Below are positions 40,802 through 50,706 of a stretch of DNA of 64,000 bases, piece by piece. Under the pieces are notes generated by a model, which saw only the letters and a program-made list of their open reading frames with translations, did not search any database and was not told the origin of the DNA. A program made the translations under genes and the position numbers. How positions within the stretch are numbered: position 1 is the first letter of the stretch; each line of letters begins with the position of its first letter. Origin of the DNA: a bacterium (lineage in GTDB: Bacteria > Desulfobacterota > DSWW01); NCBI GenBank assembly GCA_040756235.1, contig JBFLZG010000123.1, positions 12,658 to 76,657 on the forward strand, written 5' to 3'.

Positions 40802-41215
40802 ATGGAAAGGACGAAGAAGCCCGTCCCGGTGGTAACGCCTTGGGGCATGCCGTTCTGGCAGGCCGCGCGCGAGGGGAAACTGGTCATCCAGAAATGTTCG
40901 GACTGTCACGGACATATCTTCTATCCGCGGCTGCTCTGTCCGCATTGCGGCTCGCAACGGCTCGCGTGGACGGAGGCCTCCGGGAGAGGGACGATCTACT
41001 CCTACACGGTCGTGCGGAGCAACGCCCCGTCTGCATTCCTGGAGGACATGCCGTACGTGGTCGCGGTAATCCGCTTGGCCGAGGGGGTGCAGATGCTGAG
41101 CAACATCGTCGGCTGCGACCCGGACCAGCTCGCGTGCGACATGCCGGTGGAAGTGGTCTTCGAAACGCTGACGGAAGAATTCAAGCTTCCCAAGTTCCGC
41201 CCCCTCCCAGGTTGA
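40802..41215 (+). CDS. DUF35 Zn-ribbon/OB-fold protein
   Basis: PFW.AAREG.L.IQKCSDC...YPR..CPHC, G.IYSYTVV, PY.VA.I.L.EG. Confidence 0.92.
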   Translation: MERTKKPVPVVTPWGMPFWQAAREGKLVIQKCSDCHGHIFYPRLLCPHCGSQRLAWTEASGRGTIYSYTVVRSNAPSAFLEDMPYVVAVIRLAEGVQMLSNIVGCDPDQLACDMPVEVVFETLTEEFKLPKFRPLPG

Positions 41216-41287
41216 GCGTCGATATCGAGGGGAACCGGACGGCAGCGTGCAGGAGACGGCCGGCCGGCGAGCGGCGATGCGGAGGAC

Positions 41288-41482
41288 CTAGGAGGCTGTC
41301 CAAGTATTCGGCTCCTGGAGGCTGTTCAGAAATGTCCAGATGCAAGGCGCACGAAATCCTGAGGAATGAGGCGTACATGGCAGTACGCCGCAATGACCCC
41401 GGCCTTCGCCGGGGCAGGCTCCCCCGCCTCTATGCCGCGCCAGTGCAACGCAGCAGATGGGCATTTATGGACAGCCTCCTAG
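41288..41482 (+). mobile_element. MITE-like element with perfect 15-bp terminal inverted repeats
   Basis: CTAGGAGGCTGTCCA ... TGGACAGCCTCCTAG; core CAGATGCAAGGCGC.CGAAATCCTGAGGAA.GAGGCGTAC. Confidence 0.75.
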
Positions 41483-41533
41483 GGAAACGCACGGAGCGCA
41501 CTCGGCAAGGGCCGAGAGGAGAGAGGCGAGGCC

Positions 41534-41995
41534 ATGGAGCGGCAGAAGTGGGGGGATGATTTCCAGGTCGGGGACGTGTACGCGACCCAGTCCATCACCG
41601 TGACCGAGGCCCACGTGGTGAACTGGGCCTGCCTGACCATGGATTTCTATCCGTTGCACGTGGACAAGGAATATGCGGCCAAGACCCAGTTCGGAGAACG
41701 CCTGGCTCACGGTCCTCTGATCTTCGGCATGGCGATCGGTCTGGCCGGCATGGCGGGTTTCGGGGGCGACGCGGCCGTTGCGTGGCTGGGGGTCGACCAC
41801 ATGAGGATGATGACCCCGGTCAGGATCGGCGACACCATCCGAGTGATGGTCGAGCTGCTCGAAAAGAAGCCCACGAAGCGTCCCGACAGGGGCGTACAGA
41901 CCTGGCAATACACCGTGAAGAACCAGAAGGACGAGTCCGTGATGGAGTTCAGGAACACACTTCTCTTCCACATGCGCGGCGTCAACCCGGCCTGA
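41534..41995 (+). CDS. MaoC family (R)-hydratase/dehydratase
   Basis: TVTEAH, D.YPLHVD.EYA..T.FG.RLAHG, PVRIGDTI. Confidence 0.9.
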   Translation: MERQKWGDDFQVGDVYATQSITVTEAHVVNWACLTMDFYPLHVDKEYAAKTQFGERLAHGPLIFGMAIGLAGMAGFGGDAAVAWLGVDHMRMMTPVRIGDTIRVMVELLEKKPTKRPDRGVQTWQYTVKNQKDESVMEFRNTLLFHMRGVNPA

Positions 41996-42974
41996 CCGGC
42001 CGCTTGAGCGAGAGCGGCGGCTCGAAGCCGGTCAGGCGCAAGGCCCAGGGCCGCGGGTAGAGCAGCTCGATGCTGAGCTTCGCGGGATCGTTCACGTACA
42101 TCACCTTGAACACCCCGATGTCCACGGGAATGCCGTTCGGACGGCAGCCGTCCTGGACGGCGCGCCAGAACTGCGCCTCAAAGGCGGCCCTGCTGCGGAA
42201 GCCGAAGGCGACGTTCATGATCCCCTGGTCGCAGATGCGGTACCCTTCCGGCCAGGGTCTTCCCGCAGGACGCGTGTACTCGACCAGCTCCACCAGCATG
42301 CCTCCTGCGCTCAGCAGGAGACTCTTGCGCTCCGCCCCGCCCAGACCCCGCATGGCTTCGTGCTCCGGGCCGTGAAGCCGAATCCCCACGGCTTCGGCCA
42401 AGCCGAAGGTCTCCTGCCAGACGCGGCGAGCGGCCTCCAGGTCGGGCACCGAGACGGTCACCGTTCGCACCGTCACCGGCACCTCCGGCCGCAGGCCCGG
42501 CGGCGCGAGACCCGCGAGCGGGTCCTTCTCCAGGATCTCCACCAGGTTGCCCTCGGGGTCGCGGACGCAGACCCGGCGGTCGCCCTGCCCTCCCACGGGC
42601 TCCGAGAGCGGACGAGCTCCCAGGCGCGCAAGATTTTCCAGGGTCCGGCTGAAGTCCGCCGTATGGAGCCCGAACATGCTGTAGCCGATGTCGCTCGGCT
42701 TCCAGTCGGGCCTTCTCGGTTTGGATTTCGGGCTCCAGTACTGGAAGAACTCCATCTGGAAGAGGTCTTTGCTGTCCAGGAGCCAGCGGCACACGCTGGC
42801 CACGCGCGGAATGCCCTGGACCCGCGTCGTCAAAGGGCCCGCGAAGACGGTCCCGCCCGAGGGCAGGAAGCCGAACACTTCCTGATACCAGCGGCGCAGG
42901 CGGGTGCCGTCGAGCGCAACGAGAGCGACCTGGCACAAGAACGACCCGTTCGGCATGGGAGCGTCCTCCTTCAT
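41982..42974 (-). CDS. VOC/glyoxalase family protein (tandem domains)
   Basis: WYQEVFG, VRDPEGNLVEI, SVPDLEAA...W...FG, LVELVEY, YVNDP...IEL; start may be 42956. Confidence 0.78.
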   Translation of the reverse strand: MKEDAPMPNGSFLCQVALVALDGTRLRRWYQEVFGFLPSGGTVFAGPLTTRVQGIPRVASVCRWLLDSKDLFQMEFFQYWSPKSKPRRPDWKPSDIGYSMFGLHTADFSRTLENLARLGARPLSEPVGGQGDRRVCVRDPEGNLVEILEKDPLAGLAPPGLRPEVPVTVRTVTVSVPDLEAARRVWQETFGLAEAVGIRLHGPEHEAMRGLGGAERKSLLLSAGGMLVELVEYTRPAGRPWPEGYRICDQGIMNVAFGFRSRAAFEAQFWRAVQDGCRPNGIPVDIGVFKVMYVNDPAKLSIELLYPRPWALRLTGFEPPLSLKRPVRPG

Positions 42975-43289
42975 GCGAAATTGCCGATTCGAGCGCTGCC
43001 CCGAACGAGCGGATCATAGCACGGGCAGTTCCGGTGGGGGAAGGATGACGGAGTGCGGCGGGTGCCCGCCTCGATCGTCTCGAGCTCAGCAAGCGGCACC
43101 CCCGCAGAGCTGCCCTTACGGCTTGCCTGAATCCCGGCCCTGCTGGTAGAGTAACGGGGCCGAAAGGAGGGGAGGATCCGCTTCCGTCTGCTTCGGCATC
43201 GCACCTCCGCCGGCCGGACGACAGCTTGGACGCACATCGGGTCACGCCAACAGACAGGCTCTCTGGGTGAGCTCTCCAAGGAGGAATCC

Positions 43290-44105
43290 GTGACGATCCC
43301 GACAGCCATCATCACCGGGACGGCGAGCGGCATCGGCAGGAATTTCGCCCATACCGTGAAGGACAGATTCCGCCTGACCGTTGCCGACATCCGCTACGAC
43401 CGATTAAAGGCCGACTTCGGGGAGGAAACGGAGAACCTGCTGCCGATGGAGATGGACGTCTCCCGGGAAGAGGACTGGAACCGGGTCCTCGACGCCACGA
43501 CCCGGAAGTTCGGCAGGCTCGACTACCTGTTCAACATCGCAGGCGTTTCCCTTCCGCGCTTCATCCGTGACGCGGACGCGTCCTTCATCGACCGGCACAT
43601 GGACGTGAACGCCAAGGGGGTCATGTACGGGACCGTGCTGGCGGCCAAGATCATGGAGCGGCAGCGGTCCGGTCACATCGTCAACATCGCCTCTCTCGCC
43701 GGCATTGCGCCGGTAGCCGGTCTGAGCTTCTACACCGCCTCCAAGTACGCGGTCCGCGGCTTCTCCCTCACCGCCGCCATCGAGCTCAGGCCCAAGAACG
43801 TCTACGTCACCGTGATCTGCCCGGACCTGGTCAAGACCGCCATGTACGACAACCAGCTCACCCTTCCGGAAGAGTCCGCCATCACCTTCTCCGGGCCGAA
43901 GAAGGTGCTGACGGTCGAGAACCTGGCAGGGGCGCTGCTCGAAGCCATCGAGAAGAAGCCCATCGAGATCACGATCCCGAGGTCACGGGGCCTGCTTTCC
44001 AAGCTGGCCTGTTCCGTCCCTTATCTCTCTCTGCTCCTGGCCGACAGCATGCACAAGAAGGGGCTTCGGCGGATCGAAGAAATCAAGCGATCGGGGCGTG
44101 CTTGA
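43290..44105 (+). CDS. SDR family oxidoreductase
   Basis: ITGTASGIG, NIAG, YTASK; GTG start after AGGAGG. Confidence 0.88.
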   Translation: MTIPTAIITGTASGIGRNFAHTVKDRFRLTVADIRYDRLKADFGEETENLLPMEMDVSREEDWNRVLDATTRKFGRLDYLFNIAGVSLPRFIRDADASFIDRHMDVNAKGVMYGTVLAAKIMERQRSGHIVNIASLAGIAPVAGLSFYTASKYAVRGFSLTAAIELRPKNVYVTVICPDLVKTAMYDNQLTLPEESAITFSGPKKVLTVENLAGALLEAIEKKPIEITIPRSRGLLSKLACSVPYLSLLLADSMHKKGLRRIEEIKRSGRA

Positions 44106-44116
44106 AGGAGGCGACC

Positions 44117-44950
44117 ATGGAGAGCCGAGTCGCTCTCGTCACCGGCGCCACGAGCGGGATCGGAAAGCAGACCGCCTCCGAGCTGGCGCGGCAGGGGTTC
44201 ACGGTCGCCCTGGGCTGTCGCGACCCGCAAAGGGGCGAAGCGGCCCGCCGGGAGATCGCCGCTGAGGCAGGCAGCCAACGGGTTTCGGTCTTGCCGGTGG
44301 ATCTGGCTTCCCTGGGGTCGGTGCGCCGGGCGGCCGCCGCCTTTGCCGGCTCCTTCGAACGGCTGGACGTCCTGGTCAACAACGCCGGGATCTTCACGAT
44401 GCGCCAGCACCTGACCGAGGACGGGTTCGAGGCCCAGTTCGGTGTGAACCATCTGGGGCACTTTCTGCTGACCCTCGAGCTCCTCGACCTGCTGAAGCGG
44501 AGCGCACCCTCCCGCGTGGTCGTCGTCAGCTCGGCCATGCACAAGGGAGGCCGCATCGATTTCGACACCTTCCGGGGACGGAGGCCCTACCGGCCGGTCG
44601 CCGCGTACCGGCAGTCGAAGCTCGCCAATGTCCTGTTCACGACCGAGCTGGCGGGCAGGCTCCGAGGGACGGGCGTGACGGCCAATGCCCTGCATCCGGG
44701 TTCGATCGCGACCGGCATCTACCGGGACGCGCCCCTTCCGGTCCGCGCCGTGGTGCGTTTGCTCCTGCAGGCGCCGCGCGCAGGGGCCAGGACGTCGGTG
44801 TACCTGGCCACGTCTCCGGAAGTCGCGGGCACGACCGGCCTTTACTTCGAGAAGAGCAGGCCCGTCGCAACTTCCCGGGAGGCCCGGGACTCGGCGCTTG
44901 CCGAGAGACTCTGGCAGAAGAGCGAAGAGCTCTGCCGCACCGCAACTTGA
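44117..44950 (+). CDS. SDR family oxidoreductase (retinol dehydrogenase-like)
   Basis: VTGATSGIG, NNAG, FGVNHLGHF, YRQSKLAN, LHPG. Confidence 0.9.
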   Translation: MESRVALVTGATSGIGKQTASELARQGFTVALGCRDPQRGEAARREIAAEAGSQRVSVLPVDLASLGSVRRAAAAFAGSFERLDVLVNNAGIFTMRQHLTEDGFEAQFGVNHLGHFLLTLELLDLLKRSAPSRVVVVSSAMHKGGRIDFDTFRGRRPYRPVAAYRQSKLANVLFTTELAGRLRGTGVTANALHPGSIATGIYRDAPLPVRAVVRLLLQAPRAGARTSVYLATSPEVAGTTGLYFEKSRPVATSREARDSALAERLWQKSEELCRTAT

Positions 44951-44959
44951 GAGGAAGAC

Positions 44960-46582
44960 ATGAGCCAATTCGAAGAGGGCCTTGCACGCTGTCCCGCCAA
45001 CCATCGACCGTTGACCCCCCTGTCGTTCCTGGAGCGTTGCGCCTGGATCTACCGGACCAAGCCGGCCGTGATCCACGGAGAGCGGCGCATGCTCTATCCT
45101 GAGCTCTATGCCCGCTGCCGCCGGCTCGCATCGGCGCTCTCGAGCTGCGGCGTCCGGCCCGGGGACACGGTCTCGGTGCTGGCCCCGAACACCCCGCCCA
45201 TGCTGGAGGCCCATTTCGGCGTGCCGATGGCCGGGGCGGTCCTGAACACGATCAACGTGCGCCTGGACGCCAGGACCATCGCCCACATCCTGGACCACAG
45301 CGAGGCCAAGGTCTTCATCACCGACCTGGAGTTCTCGGCCGCGGCATCCGAGGCGCTCGCCCTGGCTTCCGTGAAACCCCTGGTGATCGACATCGACGAC
45401 CCCATCGGGGGGGTCCCCGGGGAACGCCTCGGCACGACCGAGTACGAGGCCTTCCTGCAGCAGGGCGACCCTGAATTCCCCATGACCGAGCCGCGGGACG
45501 AGTGGCAGCCGATCGCTCTGAACTACACCTCCGGCACCACGGGCAACCCGAAGGGGGTCGTATACCACCACCGGGGCGCGTACCTCTCCGGGCTCTGCAA
45601 TCCCATGATGATGGAGATGACCCCGGAGACGGTCTACCTGTGGACGCTGCCGATGTTCCACTGCAACGGCTGGTGCTTCACCTGGGGCGTGACCGCGGTC
45701 GGGGGCACCCACGTCTGCCTGCGCAGGTTCGAGCCGGCCGCCGTGTTCGATCTGATCCGGCGCCACCGGGTCACGCACCTGTGCGGCGCTCCGATCATCC
45801 TGAACTCCCTGGCAAACGCTCCCGAGGCATCCTCGGTCCGCTTCGACCACCCGGTGCGCCTCGCGACCGGAGGGGCGGCGCCGCCCAGCCGGGTGATCGC
45901 GGCCATGGAGCCGATGAACTTCCGGGTCATCCACCTCTACGGCCTGACCGAGACATTCGGGCCGGCGACCGTTTGCGCGTGGCAGACGGAATGGGACGGC
46001 CTGGACCTCGAAGGGAGGGCCCAGAAATCCGCCCGCCAGGGGGTTCACTCACCGTCTCTGACCGACGTCCGGGTCGCGAACCCGGACACGCTCGAGCCGG
46101 TGCCGGCAGACGGCGAGACGATCGGAGAGATCCTGCTTCGGGGCCACACGATCATGAGAGGGTACCTGAAGAACCCCGGAGCCTCGGAAGAGGCGCTCGG
46201 CAAGGGGTGGTTCCGCACCGGCGATCTCGGGGTCCTGCACCCGGACGGGTACGTCGAGATCAAGGACCGTTCCAAGGACATCATCATCTCCGGGGGCGAG
46301 AACATCTCCAGCGTGGAGCTGGAGGAGGTCCTCTACAAGCATCCGTGCGTGCTCGAGGCCGCGGTCGTGGCGCGGCCGGACGAGAAGTGGGGCGAGACGC
46401 CCTGCGCCTTCGTCTGCCTCAAGCAGGGGAAGAGCGCCTCGGCCGAGGAGATCATCCGCTTCTGCCGGGACAACCTGGCCCACTACAAGATCCCCCGGAC
46501 CATCGTCTTCGAAGAGCTGCCCAAGACGGCCACCGGCAAGGTGCAGAAGCACCTGCTCAGGGACAAGGCCAGAACGTTTTAG
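44960..46582 (+). CDS. acyl-CoA synthetase (short/medium-chain)
   Basis: PLTPLSFL, YTSGTTGNPKG, PMFHCNGW, YGLTE, DRSKDIIISGGEN, LPKTATGK. Confidence 0.93.
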   Translation: MSQFEEGLARCPANHRPLTPLSFLERCAWIYRTKPAVIHGERRMLYPELYARCRRLASALSSCGVRPGDTVSVLAPNTPPMLEAHFGVPMAGAVLNTINVRLDARTIAHILDHSEAKVFITDLEFSAAASEALALASVKPLVIDIDDPIGGVPGERLGTTEYEAFLQQGDPEFPMTEPRDEWQPIALNYTSGTTGNPKGVVYHHRGAYLSGLCNPMMMEMTPETVYLWTLPMFHCNGWCFTWGVTAVGGTHVCLRRFEPAAVFDLIRRHRVTHLCGAPIILNSLANAPEASSVRFDHPVRLATGGAAPPSRVIAAMEPMNFRVIHLYGLTETFGPATVCAWQTEWDGLDLEGRAQKSARQGVHSPSLTDVRVANPDTLEPVPADGETIGEILLRGHTIMRGYLKNPGASEEALGKGWFRTGDLGVLHPDGYVEIKDRSKDIIISGGENISSVELEEVLYKHPCVLEAAVVARPDEKWGETPCAFVCLKQGKSASAEEIIRFCRDNLAHYKIPRTIVFEELPKTATGKVQKHLLRDKARTF

Positions 46583-46631
46583 ACACGTCGATCGCACACC
46601 CCAAGTCGGGCGGGGGTGAGGAACACCCCCG

Positions 46632-46792
46632 GAGAGGCTGGTGAGAAATGCCCGGATGCAAGGCGCGCGACATCCCGAGGAGTGAGGCGTAACCGGAGGC
46701 ACTTTGGACCCCGGCCTTCGCCGGGGCAGGCTCCCCCAGCCGCCATTCCCCTGAGTGCAACGCCGCAGATGGGCGTTTATCGACAGCCCCTC
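46632..46792 (+). mobile_element. GAGAGGCTG MITE family copy with internal insert
   Basis: GAGAGGCTGGTGAGAAATG ... CGTTTATCGACAGCCCCTC. Confidence 0.7.
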
Positions 46793-46844
46793 GGGCGGGC
46801 GGGGATTCATCATCAGGGAGGAGGAGGAGAAGGAGGGAAGAGGG

Positions 46845-48338
46845 ATGGCCATTCTGGAAGAACCGATCCGCGGCGTTCGTAACATCAGGAACTACATCGA
46901 CGGCGAGTGGGTGGAGTCCAGGGGCGAGGTGATCGAAGTGGTCAACCCCGCCACCTGCGAGGTCATGGGGCATGTGGGCATCTCCACCAAGGAGGAGATC
47001 GACGCCGCGGTCCAGGCGGCCCGGAACGCCTTTCCGGACTGGAGGAGGACTCCCGCGGTCACGCGCTGCCGGTACCTGCACCGACTGCTCCATCTCGTGG
47101 AGGAGCACTTCGAGGAGCTGAGCCGCATCCAGACCCAGGAGCACGGGAAGACGGTCGACGAGTCGAGGGGAGAGACGCGGCGGGGGATCGAGAACATCGA
47201 GGTGGCGAGCGGGATCCCGACCCTCATGATGGGAGACTCCTCCGAGGACATCGCCTCGGGCATCGACGAATACCTCATCCGGGTCCCGCTCGGCGTGTTC
47301 GGGATCATCGGGCCGTTCAACTTCCCGTTCATGATCCCCCTGTGGTCGGCACCGTATGCCGTGGCCACGGGCAACTGCGTCGTCGTGAAGCCCTCCCCGG
47401 ACGTGCCGTTCAGCCAGACGCGCCTGGCCCAGCTGGTGGAGGAGGCCGGCTTCCCCCCCGGCGTCTGGAACTTGGTCCACGGAGAGAAGACGGTCGTCCG
47501 GGGGATGCTGGACCACCCCGACATCAAAGGGATCACCTTTGTCGGGAGCTCCCCGGTCATGCGCGAGGTGATCTACCCCGGCTGCGGGAACACCGGCAAG
47601 CGCTGCATCGCCCAGGGCGGCGCCGCAAACATCATGGTCGTCATGCCGGACTGCAACGTCCAGGCCGCGATCCCGGCCCTGCTCACCTCCTTTTTCGGCA
47701 ATGCCGGCCAGCGCTGTCTCGCCGGGCAGACCCTCGTCATGGTGGGCGACGACAACCGGTTCTACAGCGACTTCGTGGCCAAGGTCACGGAGCGGGCCAG
47801 GGGCATCATCATCGGGTACGGCCTCGACGAGTCCGTGCAGATGGGCCCGGTCAAGGACGCGAAGAAGAAGGAACGCATCCTCGGTTACATCGAGGCCGGG
47901 CTCCGGGAAGGCGCCACGCTCCGGCTGGACGGGCGCAAGCCGAAGGAGATCGCGGGCGGCTACCCGGACACCTGCTTCCTCGGGCCCACGATCCTGGAGG
48001 ACCTCCAGCGGGACATGCGGATCGTCCGCGAAGAGATCTTCGGGCCCACGATGGGCATCCTCAGGGTGAAGACCCTCGAGGACGCCATCGAAGTCTGCAA
48101 CGAGAGCCCTTACCACAACGGGCACGCCATCTTCACCTCCAGCGGAAAGCACGCGCGCTGCTTCCAGTACGAGGTGATCAGCGGGAACGTGGGCGTGAAC
48201 ATCGGGATCGTGGCTCCCATGGCCTTCTTCCCCTTCAGCGGCATGACCGGCTCCTTCATGGGCATCCTGCACACCCAGGGCAAGGAGGCGGTGCGCTTCT
48301 TCACGGAGAGCAAGGTCTGCATCCACCGCTGGCCCTGA
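46845..48338 (+). CDS. mmsA: CoA-acylating methylmalonate-semialdehyde dehydrogenase
   Basis: PFNFPFMIPLW, FVGS, FGNAGQRCLA, EEIFGP, GVNIG..AP...FPFSG...SF.G. Confidence 0.85.
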   Translation: MAILEEPIRGVRNIRNYIDGEWVESRGEVIEVVNPATCEVMGHVGISTKEEIDAAVQAARNAFPDWRRTPAVTRCRYLHRLLHLVEEHFEELSRIQTQEHGKTVDESRGETRRGIENIEVASGIPTLMMGDSSEDIASGIDEYLIRVPLGVFGIIGPFNFPFMIPLWSAPYAVATGNCVVVKPSPDVPFSQTRLAQLVEEAGFPPGVWNLVHGEKTVVRGMLDHPDIKGITFVGSSPVMREVIYPGCGNTGKRCIAQGGAANIMVVMPDCNVQAAIPALLTSFFGNAGQRCLAGQTLVMVGDDNRFYSDFVAKVTERARGIIIGYGLDESVQMGPVKDAKKKERILGYIEAGLREGATLRLDGRKPKEIAGGYPDTCFLGPTILEDLQRDMRIVREEIFGPTMGILRVKTLEDAIEVCNESPYHNGHAIFTSSGKHARCFQYEVISGNVGVNIGIVAPMAFFPFSGMTGSFMGILHTQGKEAVRFFTESKVCIHRWP

Positions 48339-48378
48339 GGCCGATTCCCCTCGGGCGTCTCGGCTGAGGCGTCGGATA

Positions 48379-48490
48379 CCCTCTCCCCCGACGCGCGGGG
48401 GAGAGGCCCAGGGTGAGGGGGGACAACGGCTAAACCGGCAACGAACGCGCCCCTCATCCTGACCTTCTCCCCTCGGCGAGGGGAGAAGGG
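48379..48490. repeat. CCCTCTCCC paired palindromic repeat
   Basis: CCCTCTCCCCCG..GGGGAGAGG.CCAGGGTGAGGGG ... CCCCTCATCCTGACCTTCTCCCCTC..CGAGGGGAGAAGG. Confidence 0.75.
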
Positions 48491-48567
48491 AATCAACCAT
48501 GGCCCCCATTCTGAGTGGAGGGGATGTCCGTGGGAGCGCCGGTGTTCACTGGAGAAAGGGCCAAGAC

Positions 48568-48999
48568 ATGAAACTGCGTACGGCTTCGGAGGCCCTCCGG
48601 TTCATCGCCGAGCTGGAAGAGACCGCCGCCGCCTTCTATGAAGAGCTGGCCCGCCGGCTCCCGGCCCAGGCGGACCCATTCCTCGGCTGGGCCAAGGAGA
48701 ACAGGAGGTTCGTCCGGGAGGTGCAGAGGACCTACCAGTCGGCGATCACCGACGCCCTGGAAGGGTGCTTTGCCTTTGACCTGGACACTGACCGGTTCGT
48801 GGTGAATGCCGAGCTGCCGCCGGGCGCGGCCGAAGCCGAGGCTGCGGCCGCGGCCCTGTCCCTGGAGCGGCAGCTCCTCGGACTCTACGGCGCCGCGACC
48901 GAGCAGGCCGGGGCTCTGCTGGCCGATCTGCCGAGGACCTTCCGGATGATCGCGAAGAAGCGGCAGGGCCGCCTGGAACGCCTGGCCTTGCTGAAGTGA
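48568..48999 (+). CDS. ferritin-like/rubrerythrin-like small protein
   Basis: ELEE..A.FYE.LA, A..LE.....LY four-helix pattern; ExxH ligands not evident. Confidence 0.6.
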   Translation: MKLRTASEALRFIAELEETAAAFYEELARRLPAQADPFLGWAKENRRFVREVQRTYQSAITDALEGCFAFDLDTDRFVVNAELPPGAAEAEAAAAALSLERQLLGLYGAATEQAGALLADLPRTFRMIAKKRQGRLERLALLK

Positions 49000-49005
49000 G
49001 ACGAG

Positions 49006-49081
49006 GTCAAGGGTGAAAGGAAAAAGGTGAAAGCCGAGCGCGTCTTGCCCTTTGACCTTTCAGCTTTACCCTATGACCTTC
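49006..49081. repeat. inverted heptamer (AGGTGAA-like) arrays
   Basis: GGTCAAGGGTGAAAGGAAAAAGGTGAAAG facing CCTTTGACCTTTCAGCTTTACCCTATGACCTT. Confidence 0.55.
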
Positions 49082-49116
49082 CAACATCCCATCGAGGGTG
49101 TCGAAAACGCCCTCTT

Positions 49117-49245
49117 GAGAGGCTGGTGAGAAATGGCCAGATGCAAGGCGCGCGAAATCCTGAGGAACGAGGCGTACAGGGCAGTACGCCGCAGTGACGA
49201 AGGATGAGCGCAACGCCGCAGATGGCCGTTTATCGACAGCCTCTC
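49117..49245 (+). mobile_element. 129-bp MITE (GAGAGGCTG...CAGCCTCTC)
   Basis: Terminal inverted repeats; near-identical inverted copy at 60430-60558. Confidence 0.8.
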
Positions 49246-49259
49246 GAGGAGTGAGCACC

Positions 49260-50690
49260 ATGCAGGAAGCCGACCTGGAAAGGATCCTCAAAGAGCTGCG
49301 GGCGATCGTGGGCGAAAAGAACGCGACCGCGGACCGACACATCCGCTACGCCTACTCCTATGACCTGAGCTTCGTCGCAGCGAAGATGCCGGACCTGATC
49401 GCCATGCCGGCCACGGTCGAGGAGGTGCAGGAAATCCTGCGCATGGCCAACCGGGAAAAGGTGCCGGTCGTGCCGTACACGTCCGGCACGAACATCGGCG
49501 GCCTCACGCTCCCCGAGCGCGGAGGCCTGATCCTGGACCTCAAGCGCATGAACCGGATCATCGAGATCGACCCGGAGGCGCTGCTGGCGATCATCGAGCC
49601 GGGCGTGTCCCACGCCCAGCTCGCCGCGGCGCTCGCCCGTCATGATCTGCGCTTCGGCTGGCCGGTGGGGCCGCCTTCGGCCTCGGTGGCTTCCTGCGCC
49701 CTGTGCCACGGCATCGGCTGCCTGAACGCCCGCTACGGCCTGCAGAGCCAGGAGATCACCAGCATGGAGGTCGTGCTCCCCACGGGGGAGCTGGTCCGCT
49801 TGGGGTCCTGCGCGATCAACCCGGAGGCATGGCACAGCCTGCTGCCCCTGCCCCAGCTCGACGGCCTGTTCAAGGGCTGGCTCGGCACCACCGGGGTCGT
49901 CACCAAGCTCGGCGTCAACGTCCACCACAAGCCCCCGCTCCTGAAGATCTTCACCGTCTCCTGCGACAGCGTGGAGGACATGTACTCTTACATGCTCAAC
50001 CTGAGCAACTACGAGATCTGCGACGACCTCACCGCGGTCTCCTGGTGGCTCGCCCAGGTGCCGATCCCCTACCCTTACGAGCCCAAGCCCGACTCCGACC
50101 CCGAGTGGTTCAGCTATGCGACCACTTACTCCTTTACCGAGAAAGAGAGGGAAGCCAAAGAAGAGATCTGGGGCATGGTGCTGCGCGACGAGCAGGCCAA
50201 GGGAACGAGCATCCGCCAGACCTTCTACCCCGAGGAGGCGCTCAAGGCGAGGACCGAGCTTCCCAGCCAGATCGTAGGGTCGACCAAGAACTACTGCAAG
50301 ATGGCCGGGGCCGGCATCTCGTGGCCGGGCACCTTCACGCCGGCCAAGAAATGGGCCCCCGTGTACAGGAGATGGAAGGAGCTGCTCATCGGCCACAAGC
50401 TGTCGCCGTCGGTGCGCATGAGCATGTACCGGGGCGTGCACTATGGCATGCTGCGCGCCATGATCCCGTTCAACAAGCAGAGCGCCGAGGAGACCGAGAA
50501 CGCCCGCAGGGCGATTCTCGAGTGCCTGAAAGTCGATCTCGACATGGGCGGGATCCCCTACAAGCCCCCGGTCGACTTTGCGCTCGAGATCAACAAACGC
50601 GCCCACCCCGGCTACCTGATGCTGCTCAAGCGGGTGAAGGAGTTCCTGGATCCCAACGACATCATGAACCCGGGCAAGCTGGGCATTTGA
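49260..50690 (+). CDS. FAD-binding oxidoreductase (VAO/GlcD family)
   Basis: P....EVQ.I, PVVP..SGT, LDLKRMNRI.EID, EPGV, EVVLPTGE, GTTGVVTK, LDP..IMNPGK. Confidence 0.88.
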   Translation: MQEADLERILKELRAIVGEKNATADRHIRYAYSYDLSFVAAKMPDLIAMPATVEEVQEILRMANREKVPVVPYTSGTNIGGLTLPERGGLILDLKRMNRIIEIDPEALLAIIEPGVSHAQLAAALARHDLRFGWPVGPPSASVASCALCHGIGCLNARYGLQSQEITSMEVVLPTGELVRLGSCAINPEAWHSLLPLPQLDGLFKGWLGTTGVVTKLGVNVHHKPPLLKIFTVSCDSVEDMYSYMLNLSNYEICDDLTAVSWWLAQVPIPYPYEPKPDSDPEWFSYATTYSFTEKEREAKEEIWGMVLRDEQAKGTSIRQTFYPEEALKARTELPSQIVGSTKNYCKMAGAGISWPGTFTPAKKWAPVYRRWKELLIGHKLSPSVRMSMYRGVHYGMLRAMIPFNKQSAEETENARRAILECLKVDLDMGGIPYKPPVDFALEINKRAHPGYLMLLKRVKEFLDPNDIMNPGKLGI

Positions 50691-50706
50691 GGGGAAACGG
50701 CGGCGC

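Noticed and set aside
44021..48509. Long antisense ORFs (e.g. 44021-46048, 46557-48509; also 37231-39174, 61741-63810)
   Set aside because: Shadow frames of GC-rich genuine genes on the opposite strand; no recognisable motifs.
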